Shown: one piece after another, positions 14,701 through 27,250 of the stretch
Numbering within the stretch: the first letter of the stretch is position 1
Layout of the letters: each line of letters starts with the position of its first letter
NCBI GenBank assembly: GCA_976226885.1
Contig: OZ320322.1
Span: forward strand, 39,432,001-39,496,000
Length of the DNA: 64,000 bases
Origin: Iphione sp. A-MEVVRFRX5
Taxonomy: Eukaryota
Direction: 5' to 3'
The notes under the pieces: generated by a model
The model's input: only the letters and a program-made list of their open reading frames with translations
What the model was told of the DNA's origin: nothing
Databases searched by the model: none
Translations under genes and position numbers: made by a program

Positions 14701-17578
14701 ACTGATGCTTGGTGTTCGTAGTCGACACCGGGACGAGATTTTTTTGGTAACCATCCCAGGTGTTGCTGTCACATTTAATGATTGACCACACTTAGTTTTA
14801 TTTATCGCAATATAACGGAGATATCGTTCAACTATCAGGACATTGCCTAGAGGTGTCTTTTACACAGGTTCTTTCTCGAGTCACGTGAACTGGGAGCATT
14901 TTGGCCCCATGATATGTCGATTTACCCAATAAACTCAATATTGATATCAATATCAACCATATAATGATAAAAGTCGAGTCAGCTATGAAGATCTACATTG
15001 AAAATTGGACTCAAGTGTAGCAGGGAGGGAGATGCTTATGTCTGTATGCTCTTCCTGTGGGGTTCTGCAAGATGTTTCATTTCTTTTATTTGGCTCTTAT
15101 TTAATCGCAAGCCACTATTTTCACTTTAGTTTGAGGTTTTCTGTTGTGATGAGACGATTGAATTCTTTCGTTTTTCCTTTTTTCAGCTTGATATGAAAAA
15201 AAACTGTAACCAAACTAGTCCCAAGCATAGTTTGAGATCTTCAATGAGGATTAAACTGGTTTCGCTTGTGTTGTCAAATCATTAAATGTAAGCAATAGAA
15301 CCTTGAAGCTAAGCGTCTAACTTTGGAAGTGATCTATTGACACAGCAGATTAAAGATAGAAGTTCAGGACTTGGACAGGGTCCAGCCGCGAGATTGAAAT
15401 CTTTAATCTGCCATGTTATTGATGAAGTGAAATAGTCAAATGCTGTTCTAACAATGATAAATGCCAAATTTAAACCATTTATGGACGATTATTCATCTTT
15501 CTTGGCAAACTTGTGGGATGTTTACAATGAGCATCACATGCACCTAGCTTACTGTGCATGTTCGACCCAATACAATATGGGTCGAGCGTGCGCAGTGAAG
15601 GCAGATGCTGTTACTTCCAGTTTTGAGCAAGCATGACACCCTCATCTGAAATTCTTCTTATGAATTGAAATATTGGTCAAAATGGCATGGAAACATGTCA
15701 GAAAGGTGTGTTTATAATTTATTTGTCATTTATGTCTTGGTTCGGTCCATAATGGTCTCATCTCTCCAAATTTCAATGAAGAAAAAAAACCAGTCGATAC
15801 CGATCTGCCATTTTGATTAAACACAAAACAAACATACAATAATGGCTTCTGCTTATCCAATGAAAACATATTTTTCCTATGATGAGTCTGAGGTTTAAAT
15901 ATACCCATTTAATTCAAGCCCCTGTATGTGTGTCACTGCTCTGATTTTTAGAATTTTCTCTACTGTACACTCTTCTCTTGATGACACCTCCATTACATTC
16001 AACCCTCAGAGAATTTGTCCTTGTCATTCTCTAAAGAGTGATTAACAAAACATGAGCCCCTCGGTTTGGAATGTATGTGGGAGGAGGGAGAAGTGTTGGT
16101 AGATGGTTCGATAGGTGGGTAGGGAGATCATGCTAACGGGGCCACGTAGTATGCTTTGCCAATTTAATCCGGACTTCATCTCCCCCGAGAACCCCGACCC
16201 ACCCATTCCTAACGCTCGAGCCTCCGGTTCGGGACGTAGTACCAACAGCAGCGATGGCGGCGGTGGCGGCGGCGGAGTCCTATTAAAGATTAACTTGCTC
16301 ATCAGCAAGGACAATCTCTCCACACGCTGCAGTCAGTCGTGAGGGATCCTGAGCGATTATCCCAGTTTGATGGAGCGCCTGGCTGAGGACAGCAACGGCG
16401 CTGTTTGGAAATTGATTCCTCATTTAGGAGTCTAATGGATCTCAGGGCTAAGGCGCGCCGGCCGCTTGCTCGAGCATTGATTACTGTTTTACGGGCCGTC
16501 ACTGCGGCGGCTGGGCGAGCACGTGAGAAGGCGACAAGTCTGAATTACTGTCGATACAACTTTCAATCATGCCCGCCCGACACATTGTGTTGTTCTGACC
16601 AGTTTTGCTTTCCTCGCCGTAATCTGTTAGATCATCGAAACCTCCTCCCTCTTGTGTTGCTGCTCACCGGCGGCCGTCACTCCCAGGGAGCCTGCTCATA
16701 AAATATCGCAAGGAAATTACCTTCTTGGATACCAATAGACTCGATCATATTCTGAGTGCTTGTTGGATTGACTGGCTGCAATATAATGGGCGGTGTTCTT
16801 GTATCGAAGTCCTGAAATTGGTCATTGCGGTCAGACGTACCCATTTATGCACTTAGCAAGCACACCTGTTAGATATCCTTGGGAAGAAGTGTTAATTACT
16901 ACTATTGTTTCTGCAGGAGAAAGCCTGTCGCTCCAAGACCACTAAATACTAAGTACGTAGGCATTGTGGTGCTAAAATAAAACTTCAGAAACTTGACTGC
17001 GGGATATGTTCACATAAATCTATGCAGCGCGGTACATCTGTTTACTTCAAATGGAAAAAAATAAAATCAAAGAAAGTCCTCAGGAAATAATTCGTTATTA
17101 ACAACAGAGAACTAAATCATTGCGTATAGTTTGTGACATGTCGTAATTTTTAAAAATGTGTTTATTTAGAACTGAATTTTGTGTAGGCTATGAATAGCCT
17201 TCCATCTCATCTCCTGACATCGCACAGTGAACATTCAAAGAGAGCATAACATCTATAAATTACAATCAAAGCGCACACTGTGAACATATGGTTAATAATG
17301 TCGGTGAACAGAACATTCGATGAATAATGCACTTATTGCACTTAGCCCATGGTGATATTGACTGGTACAGAATATCTGTTGCTCGTTACTAACCATAAGA
17401 CTTTGGTTATGATAGCTTCTTCGATTTAACAAATGAGTAAACTTGTCAATATTGCCCTACAATTATTTCCTATATATCATTTACTTGTTGTTGACAGTTA
17501 TGGCAACAGAAGGTGACAATAAGTTGTATTTAATTGGCTGGACGTAATAAAGAGAAGACCTATTTTTCTTCTTCTCAG

Positions 17579-17691
17579 GCCCCGTCGTAAATTGGAGGCC
17601 AAGATATAGCCAAGGCCTACGATACTTCTGCCTCAAGTGCCCTCCTGACGGACAGAACAATTTTGGCGGGAAAGTGCTGAACCCTACACCG
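17579..17691 (+). CDS. Candidate internal exon (113 nt), product unknown
   Basis: Strong acceptor TATTTTTCTTCTTCTCAG, donor G|GTAAGC, exactly one open frame: PVVNWRPRYSQGLRYFCLKCPPDGQNNFGGKVLNPTP. No recognised homologue. Confidence 0.28.
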
Positions 17692-17789
17692 GTAAGCAGA
17701 CGACATTCTCGGTCGCCTCCCCTGGGGATTTCTACTTTCACGGTCGTACGTCCCAACCTATCTCGAGTTAATGTCATTGGTCCTGTCGC

Positions 17790-18240
17790 AACGCCCCGCG
17801 ACGGCGTGTTCTGATACTATCAGCAGTCCCCAAGTCCCTGCATTATCGCCCAGTCTCCTCAGCCACCCCCTGAACGCAAGATTTCTCTCCGGGGCGGCCG
17901 CCATCTTGGCTCTTGGTCCCCTCCCCAGCCGACATTGATCCCAGTCGCCATGTTTTCGGGAGGGGGGCGGAGGGGGAAGGGTGGCTCGTCTGCCCGTTGC
18001 AACCTATTGAAGCAAGCGTCCCGCGCCCGTTCGGCGCTCTCTGCGGCGCCCCTTCAAATATTTATCACGTATCGACACTATAATTCTATCTCCGGGATTT
18101 ATCATTGGCCAGTCTGCGCTTGTTGCCGGGGATCGCGGGTGCAGGGTGTACGGGTCGGGGGCCAGAGCGGCGGCCATGGTTAGGGAGTGCTGTGCGGAGG
18201 AGGAAGAGGTGGACAACAATAGTCAGCTACTGGGCCGACA
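17790..18240. promoter_or_regulatory. CpG-rich promoter-like island with two YY1-type motifs and GC boxes
   Basis: GCCGCCATCTTG (17897-17908) and GTCGCCATGTTT (17944-17955), both reading xxATGGCG on the minus strand; GGGGCGG boxes at 17891 and about 17963. Confidence 0.4.
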
Positions 18241-20140
18241 TAGCGAAAACGATGAGGCCGCTGTCACTGGCCCTGTGCAACCCCTCTCACCTCCCGTGTG
18301 CCCTTCACGATTTATGCACCCTCAATCCTGATATGCTATATACTCCTTGCCGGTATCCCCCCTCCTCCCTTACCCCTCCCCCATCCCCATTTATACTTTT
18401 CTTCTGCATCTTTGCCTAGTTCCGTTTCGTTCTGGCTCAACTCCACCACACACCTTAAACCGGCTCGGCCTACTCCAGCCTCCTGAAGTCCATGCATCTC
18501 CAGCCAACCCCGACCAAACCATACACGCCGCTCAACACGCCATTCTTGAGGCCCTTTTCCAATCTACAACAGCCTAACTAACATTTTCATGCCTTCCGCA
18601 CCCTTTTCTGACCTGATCAGCAGGGTTGTTCACCCCCCCTTCCCCTCCAGCAGAGGCGCTGGCTAAACCTTTTGTGCCGGTGATGCCATCTTGCTCAATT
18701 AAAAGGCAGGTTTTCCCTTCTCGGACACCTGGTGGCTCTGCCCATGGCCAATAAGATCACTTTTCCTCATTCTCTGCTCGTCTGCCCGCCACTATGGGCA
18801 TACCTTTTATTGCCTTCCATAATCTTCTATTTCCGTGCCCTCTATAATCCTCCCTGACCATCAAAATCAGACCTGCGCACCCCATCTATCTTCCTGGACA
18901 CGCCCTTGCAGTGAGGTCCCGTTTACATGATGTTGTGCATTTTCTCGAGTTTCCCCGGCCAACATGCTCATTTTATAACCTTTCCTACCAGTCCCTTCTT
19001 CGCCAATACTACCATTTTTCTTTTCCCAGCTCTCTCTGATCCTGCCTGGCCAACAGGACCCCACCTTTCCTTAATCTGCTTTCAGCGGCCGACTCCACCA
19101 GTAGGGCCCATCCTGTCCGACCTTCCTCAGCCTTCCTGACCAAAGAAGCCACGTTTCTTTTCCTGGCCTTCCCTAGCCGGCCATAGCGACCTCCCCGCGG
19201 GCTAGGATTAATCGACGGGCCTGACAAGCGGATGATTCTCCGGCCTTATGGATTTTGTAAGGAGCGAGCTTGTTGTGAACCCGGAGCATGTCGACAGCTT
19301 GGAAAACAGCGGCCCAAAGAGATGCCATCAGGAGAGAAAGGCGGCCTTGACTTTGTGCATCTCTTAAGGGTGCGGTGGCGACAGGACCAGGGGGGGGGGG
19401 GCTACGTATATATATGGGCCCTGTGGTAGGCGGTTGTACGTCGTTGTAGGTGGAAGCTGAGCGCCCTCGACCCCTCAAGCCTCTCAGAACACATGACTAC
19501 CCACGTGATCTCCAACGGTAACACGGAGAGACGCTCTGTTCTCTGCTTCTAGATACCTGGTCGTAGCCAGAGCTGAAAAGATGTTCGCGCACACACGCAA
19601 TATCAAAAATATGCATGGCCTCTGTTCCTAAGAAGAGACTGGCACACAAGCACAGATTACCACAGACACAGCCATGCAATATACTTAGAAATCACACACA
19701 TCGCCGAAGCTTTTGACTTCTAAAACTAATTTTGGTACACAGGCATATAGCAGACACACACGCACACACAGACACACGCCGATACGCATATGGCCGTTGT
19801 AAGGCTCTGACGAATCACTTTCCCTTCAACACTTCACGGTCTCTCTCAGACAAGCAAGGCAAAGAGCATTAGTGAAATGATGTGCCGGGGACGAAAGGCT
19901 CTCTGTGCATTGGCTAAAGGAGGAAGCGGAAGTAGGGTCAACCCGAAAGGGAGACAAGGTCAAAGGGAACTGCCATAAGCCCGAAAGAAGGTTGGTGGGG
20001 TGTTCGCGGGAGTTGTTTGATTCGGAAATTATTTGCTGAAAAAATTACCACCGTCAATCAGTAGATTTTGGCGGGAACGTCCAAATCTAAGAGCTCGCAC
20101 TACAAATATAACAGAGATAGAGGCAGTACGTTGATAAACA

Positions 20141-20338
20141 GTGAAAAGTAAGCATCATGTGCAGTTTGTGGCACCATATGTCAGTACAGTTAGAACAAAT
20201 CGAAGAGAATGCACCACGTTTATAACACACCCCTACCGGGCTTATCTAGGGCTATTCATAGATGATCATTTAGCCAATCTTACAACGTTCCATAATCAAG
20301 TCACATTCAATAAGCACACTTTATTAATCCTACCCTGA
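20141..20338 (+). mobile_element. Decayed LINE RT thumb fragment
   Basis: ORF contains AYLGLFIDDHL, resembling KYLGVxIDxxL of CR1/L2 RTs. Flanking residues are poorly conserved. Confidence 0.3.
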
Positions 20339-23300
20339 GACTGCTCAATTATTTAACCTACCCTCCTTGACTTAATACAGGCCAGTCGTGGCCCAAATTC
20401 TTAACAGAGAAAGGCCAGCTCAAATAACCTGCAGCCAATTGAGGGAGCCTTCTCCACTTCGCCTTGTTTTTTTCTGGTAGTCTACTCATCCTAATTATTC
20501 CCATATCAAAACTGATACTCTCCATTAGTCGCCGGCCAATCTAATTCTAGGCCGGTTGAAGGGGAGAACGCCATTATTGCCCCGTGATAGCCTCACATTA
20601 TTGCCTCTCATGCCCGTTGACTCCACTGCCTTCATAGGTTCATAGGAGTAGCTGCAGGCCATAATGTAAAATGTTTAATTATATGATGCGAGACTCTGCG
20701 AGGAAATATGTAAGGAAGGATATCGACCAGTGAAAAACAAGTACATATATGTACATACATTTGAGCTATGAAGTAGAAAATAAAAAAAATGTATAAATAA
20801 AAATAGCAGATGTATCACTGACTGATAAAAATGTAGATGTATAGGGTATGTTTTGGACATAAGTTAAACACGTTTCTACAATAAAGAATTAGTCCGAGTT
20901 CTTAACATTATCAAGTTAATATTTTATTAAATCTTCTGTGCTACAAGAATAAGAACTTTACGAGGCATAACATTTGTCCTTTGTGTCTTTTAACGTACAT
21001 TTGAACATTAAAATGGCTGACATTGCCCTTTCCAATAGAAACTAAAAACACTTATTGAAATCAAACATCCATGATTTTATTTTAAAGATACATGTACTAG
21101 AACAACAGAACTAAATGTACACTTTTCGTAAACCTGCTAACCATCTAGGCGCCAATGTTCTCGTTCCTGTGGCATGATTAATTTTACGTTCTGCCCACCC
21201 ATTGTATAAAGCCCATTATGGGGAAAAGGTCACATATCTCTTAGATGAACGGTCATAAGTCTCGTTCTCCATTAGGGTAGGCCTAACTTCCCTCTTGCTC
21301 CAAGTTGGCTGTGAAGGCACTGCAGCCCAGCTCCTTACCCATCCTTATTATTCTGCAATGTTAAAGCCGCTGCCTTGCATTAACTACTCCTGACAAACCT
21401 TTAACACAGCGGGCGGCCAGGGCTGACCGTGTGAGCTGTTTCTGATCCCTCTAATGCTGGCTCAGCGACCCGTGCGGCTCTTACTGCGCCCATTTCTGTG
21501 AGCCGTCGGTTCCCTAGACCATCGACCAGGCCTGACCAAGGTCAGCGGATCTATTAGTGCGGCCGCAGACCCGAAACGATCTCGTCCTTACCTGACTCTG
21601 CAGGTGACTGGTTCCATGGCAACAAGGTCCTGCCCTGCTCATCACCAGGCTACATTGAGATGCATTGCCTTCTACCCCTGGCTAGTCGCCTGCTAGCGCA
21701 CCCCTCCTTGAGCGGCCATCTTGAGCTATCTCTACTCCTCTCCCGTCTACTTCCCCACCCACGCAACCCTCCTGCCCCACGCACCGAGCGTTGTAAACCA
21801 CACAAGGCACTTTCTCATTACATTCACACACACCTTACGCCTCCCTGAGTACACCATCCACCTTTTCATTCTTCAACCGCTCCTCCACTCGCCTTTTCTC
21901 ACTCGAGACCAGCCCCCCCACCTCCCACCATCTCTGCCTTCCCGCTATATTATTCCATAAGCTCTTCCTCATCTTCCTCTTCCATCTGCACCTCTCCAAG
22001 CCCTCTCCCTTTCCTATACCTTACCGACCACCTCCTCATGTGACCACATCCCCTCTCTCTATATGTAATTCCCTTACACTCCTTTTCCTTCCTGTCTCCC
22101 CCATTAACTCGTTACTAATCCTACCCCCACGATGTCACCGCTATTAAGCCATCCTGGCCATTAACGCTGAACCCTTCCTGAATATTGTATCCCCCTTACC
22201 CTAATCAATGCTCTGCCCCCCTTCCGCTGAGACTGGTGACTACGAGGGCCCCCCCCCAACGTCCTACCTCCCCTTGCCCCGCCCATCTCTTACTCGCCTT
22301 AGTTTTCTATTCAAGCCTTACCGAGTGAGTCACCAAAGCTCGTTTTTGCTGTTTTCAGTTACGTTTTTGCTCCTCCCTTCCCTCGCTCCCCAATGTCGCT
22401 CCCATCATCCCAATTCTCTTTATTCTTTTCTTAGTCTTATCTTCTAGTCTCTATTTTTTTTAAAAGAATCTTACATGTAACCTACAGAACAAATGCAAAC
22501 GCGTACATCATCCTACCTCCTCACATTACTCCCCTCCCAATCCAATGATCACTCACCAACCACTACTTACTTAGGAACCTCAGGAACCTCCCTCGACCAA
22601 AACCCAACCACATACCTCGCTCACACATGAAGACGCACGAACGTATGGTATACATGTACATGGATCGACCAACCATATTGACCCAAACTATTCAGTTTTG
22701 AAGCCCCTTCTCTCGGACCGGTGCTCCCTGCAAGGGCTCGTGCGTCTTCTGTCTCGATAATCTCACCGCCTATTCGCCGAGGGACGCGTTGACAGACCGG
22801 AAATGAGACGAGCCTATGACGCTGACTTACATCCGTCTCGCTAGATTCATCAGAACGTGATCATGCATGTTACCCTCTGACGTCTGAATCATATACTAGG
22901 AGTATCTATTGCGGTTTTTCACTGCATTTCATTACCATAGTTTTCGAAAAAAAAAGTCGCTTCTTGAGGAGAGTTATTGGGAAAAGGCTACACATCAATT
23001 CTGTATTCTTTTAACAAATGTCCTGTGTAGCCTTCGGTACTTGTCATGGTTTCTAGGTCGATATTTTTCTGTCTAGCAGACCTATAGAATTAGAGAAAAA
23101 ACACGTTAAGTTCCTGATTTTGAAATCTTCTTCAGTCCCTCCTAGTGCAACATGCAGAACCAGGTTAATGTTAGTCTAAGGACACCGATAGGTTTCGCTC
23201 TAAATAATGGCCTTGGCTGCCTTGGTAGCGGCAGAGGGGACCTGGCACCCAGTACTGTCTAGAGGCTATTCCCAGCCTCAGGAGGGATGGCTTTCTTTGT

Positions 23301-25751
23301 TGGTAGACCCGTGGGCCTGCCTACCTCAATCCATCTGCCTTCATCCGACGGCCTGGCTCGTAGAGAGGCAGGTTTGAGGGTTGATAGAGACCCAGGCCAG
23401 GTAGGAGACGATGGAAGATAACAAGCGGCGTGCTAGGACCTAGGAGCCATAGAACTTACTAGTTCGCTTAATTAATGCAGGAAAAAACATAGCGTTGTCC
23501 AAAGGAGGAAAAGTGGAACCATTGCTGGGAGTATAATGTAATCTATGGATCGTAACTGCTTGAAGGATCATTGGAAAACCTAAAGAGCGTTATCACAATG
23601 TATTTACTATAATAATAAAGGGACCTTTTCAGTTTGTGTTATCTTTGAGATTCACAAAATAATAGTTAAGTATATGAATAACAGATTTCGAAGCAAATCT
23701 GAGGGGATGACCAACTTTTGCTTTGTCAATACAACGCCAGTTTCAGTTCCTCCTCAGTACCTGGTACAGATAGAAAGTGCTTCTGCACAGTTTGACTTTT
23801 GCAGTAGATCCAGGGCAAATCTCTGGTAATGAGGTTTAAACTACTTGGATGAACTTTATACAACGTATATTTTATCCACTAGTGCTAAGTTGATCGTGGA
23901 ACCAATATACCATCTCTTACTCGCCGAAACCTTCGTCAACGTCAGCTTAAGTTCTGCAGATCTGAACAAAGTGTGGTGTAATGGCCAAGGTGAACCAGAT
24001 TAAGGAAAGTTTCAACCTGTCATTGTGTTAGATTTACAAGTTTCCTCAAAGGGAGAAGTTCTGCACGGAAGAGCCATCTCGAGATTAATGAATGCACTGG
24101 ATCACTTCCTTATTTTAGGCATTTCAGGTATCAATTACGTTACCTCATCTTACCCCAGCAAAACGATCCTTTCCTCTAGAGAACCCTGCCACGTTGTGAA
24201 CTGACGGACAAGGTATATTCCAACTAAAGCAGGCAAAAGCAAAAATACCTGTGAGCCTAAGACCGTCCAAGCATAGTACTTTCTGTGAATATAGAGAGGG
24301 CGGAGCAGGATCGGCTCAAGTCCAAATGTCTTCCCTTGTCTGCTCTTTTTTTTGCAGCACAGTACATGTACAAATATCTAAAAGCATAGTACATTTATTT
24401 TGTTTGAAGCATTGTGTGTTTGCAGAGAGAATTTGAGTCAATATTAACCTGTCATAATGGCTTTAACTTTTTCTCGGACAACGCTTGGATAGACTGTAGG
24501 TAAAACATTCCGTATGAACCACGCGCAAGGTGCCCGAGTCTAAGGATGATATGGTGCGTCCGGGTGGCAGGAGCTATCCGGCAATAGGAAATGGCTAGTG
24601 ACCTCCAGATTCGGAAGACTAGGCAATTATACGTTTGTTGACAGCAACTGGTGGCAACCGCTAGTCACTGCGGGTTTTTGGTGGCGGTGAGCTGTCAGCA
24701 AAGCACCTGGAGAGACTTGAAACGACGGGATTATGTCACAAGGTATTATGAATGTTAAAATAGGGCAGCAAATGTAGTGGCAGGAAAGGCTTTGAATCCT
24801 ACAGTTCGGTATCCGTAGGCATCCAGTCTGACTACTTTCGAAACGCTTACACTTTATATAGTTATTATATCACAACTACAATTTCATCACTTTCGTCCAT
24901 ACCCCTGTGGCTTACCTGTTGCATCTACCACTATGGCCATTACCATAACCACCATCGCCGGCGCATTCACCGCTCTTGAAGCAACTTCCTCCTCTGGAGC
25001 AAGCTCCTGCCCTTCCTGTCTCGATATGTAGCTCTCAGCCGCCGGAAAACCTTTCAAATGCACTGCAGCTGTGTATTGGATTGTCTGAGGTAATGCCTTA
25101 ACCTTGCGTGTCCTTTTACGCGGGGGCTAACCGAAACTATAATGGCAGCGCCACTGATGTCCGATGTGTTCGATTATATATGGCCCCTGGTCAGGATGCT
25201 TGACACAAAGCCGGTTATACTGTTGAAGTCAGTGAGACCACTTTATGTGTTTGGTTCGGCCAATTCACCGGGGGACGGTCTTCCTACGCTAGACATCACA
25301 AAAGAAGCGTGATTGCTGACTGGGCATGGTCATATGGTGTATGCATTACACGTCACCTAGTTCACATCTAATCCGAACACCGGTGAAAAGAAATAGGACT
25401 AAGAGTTGAGCCACAATGCTGACATCAGCATCTGCATTGCCTAGAAGGCAACCACGGCATAATAACCCGTTAGAAAAGCCTTTTTAGGTGGTTGCAAAAC
25501 GTGCAATTCCAGTCAAAAACGGGAGAGAGCGACAGACGGCGGAATATACAATGGTAAAAGAATATTTCTTCCCCTCCTCCAAAACAGAACAAATGTACAC
25601 GCTAGTTTAGCGTGTGCAACGGTGCACTTAGACACTTGCAGGCGTGTGGAGAACTGACCCGGAAGTAATTGGTATCTCATTAAGAGGTCACCGTGTCGAT
25701 GGGCTGCGTGCGCTAAGTTCTATGGCAGATAGGACTTAGTCATGCATTTCA

Positions 25752-25765
25752 CCGCTAGAGGGCGA
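25752..25765 (+). promoter_or_regulatory. CTCF-type core motif
   Basis: CCGCTAGAGGGCGA fits CC(A/G)SYAGRKGGCR; an ETS site CCGGAAGT lies at 25659-25666. Confidence 0.45.
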
Positions 25766-26532
25766 CATGCTGTCTATGTCTGCAGGCATCATGGCGACGG
25801 TGCGAGTCCTGTGAGGTGAGCCTTGCTGGCTGGGAGATTGGGGGACTAGTTATTAATGGTGGCTTTGTAGGCAATTGACATCAATGCCTAGTATCGCATG
25901 GCTAACCTTCAAGGTATTCCTCGCCAGGTCTTTGAGTTCTTTCTCTGACTTAATGTTGCTGCATCTTTTTCCTAATTCAACGCTCTAAGCAGTCATTCCT
26001 GCAAAGACGCCACGATGAGAAGTTTTTCTTTTCACTGAGTTGATTGTGCTTTCTCGTACGTAAATCTACTCCAAAACATAAACATAATAAAATATCTAGA
26101 AGGATACAAATATCAAACTACCTTGATTTAAGGGGTAACTGTTTTCTAAAGTAGCATAAAGTTGAAAGTGCCTGAAAAGCAAGCCATGCCAGCGTTACAT
26201 TATCTTTACCTATGCAATCAGGTGAATGTCCAATAGAAAATATCCCTCTAGAGCAAAAGGACCAGAGGAAAAACACATTAAATCATGGCGGAAAATGCAT
26301 ACAGTTCTTTCACGCTATACATACATACATACACACACATGTATGTTCAATTCAGGCTTGCCTTTCGATCAGTCCAGTAAGTTGCATTAGGGGAAGAGAT
26401 GAGAGATGATCTTACCACAAATGAAAGCCTCCTTTGGAAAGGTACGTTATTGGCTTTAGGTGCCTGACGTTCTACTTAAAGGCCTACTTCCTAAGGAGAA
26501 CCTCTGACAGGGATCTTTTGCTTATGAGTAAC

Positions 26533-26830
26533 TCAGGATAAAGATTGATAGTACATTAGCACTAACATAATGTTGTGAACGCAGGTCATGATCGTTGGAT
26601 TAGTAAGGAATAATCTGTAAATGATATACTGTTCTCTGTAACTTATCAAGTGACCGATCCGACATATGAAGCCAAAGATCCTCCCTGGAGTGATGGTCTG
26701 GTATGTGTGCACGTATTGTGCAAGAGTTAGGCCCAATTTTCATGTGTATGGATATTTTCCCACACAACATAGGTATGTAGAGAATCAGCCCTTTTTCCGG
26801 ACCTTCCACACCTCTCGGAAGATGTATTTT
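26533..26830 (-). mobile_element. Decayed LINE RT thumb fragment
   Basis: GRIFGFICRIGHLISYREQYIIYRLFLTNPTIMTC resembles the CR1/L2 segment RxLGFLxRIxHLLxxxxxxxIYxxFIxPxLxYC. Confidence 0.35.
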
Positions 26831-27042
26831 TCCATGTGTCCAGAGAGAAGTAGCCGAAACGTGGCTGAGAAGCAGCTGAGAAGCAAGATTAGATTCCACT
26901 CCTAAGTTAAGAACAGGAGGTCTTCCAGTAGAAGTAAATAACAAGAGGGAACACTGTAATAACGTTGATTAATACAGAGCAGTCTGTCTAACATATGTTA
27001 CATGATGTGGCAGTGGGTGTCTATGCGTCTATTACTACTTTT

Positions 27043-27250
27043 AGCCAATCCGAAAGAATTCCGACCAATTTTCTTAAAACAGTGTGTTTTCTGTGCCAGT
27101 CAGACAGAATTCCACCCAATTCTGTTAAAACAGCGTGCTACACGAATTCTGCCCAAATCTGTAGAAACAGTGTGTTTTCTCTACCGATCAAAAAGAATTC
27201 CATCCAAATATGTTAAAATGAGCATTTTTTCTGCAGGTCTAAAAGAATAC
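27043..27250 (+). repeat. Degenerate minisatellite, unit about 51 bp, about 4 copies
   Basis: AGAATTCC..CCAA..TTAAAACAGTGTGTTTTCT recurs with anchors at 27055, 27106, 27143, 27194, 27244 (periods 51, 37, 51, 50). Confidence 0.8.

Noticed and set aside
18780-19110. Penelope-like RT motifs (ATMGIPF..; HAHFITF..SPFFANTTIFL)
   Set aside because: No YxDD, and LINE- or DIRS-like readings fit about as well; not assignable by eye.
6942-21722. Same-strand bias of GCCATCTT (YY1-type) motifs in the first 22 kb
   Set aside because: Opposite-strand copies occur at about 31883 and 51633; five copies are too few to claim polarity.
23540-23830. Gypsy integrase-like text on the minus strand (GVVLTKQKLVIPSDLLR)
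   Set aside because: One short motif amid many stops; no HHCC or DDE residues recovered.
24912-25045. Minus-strand frame ending GDGVMVMAIVVDATG before a strong donor
   Set aside because: In-frame stop just upstream and no credible acceptor.
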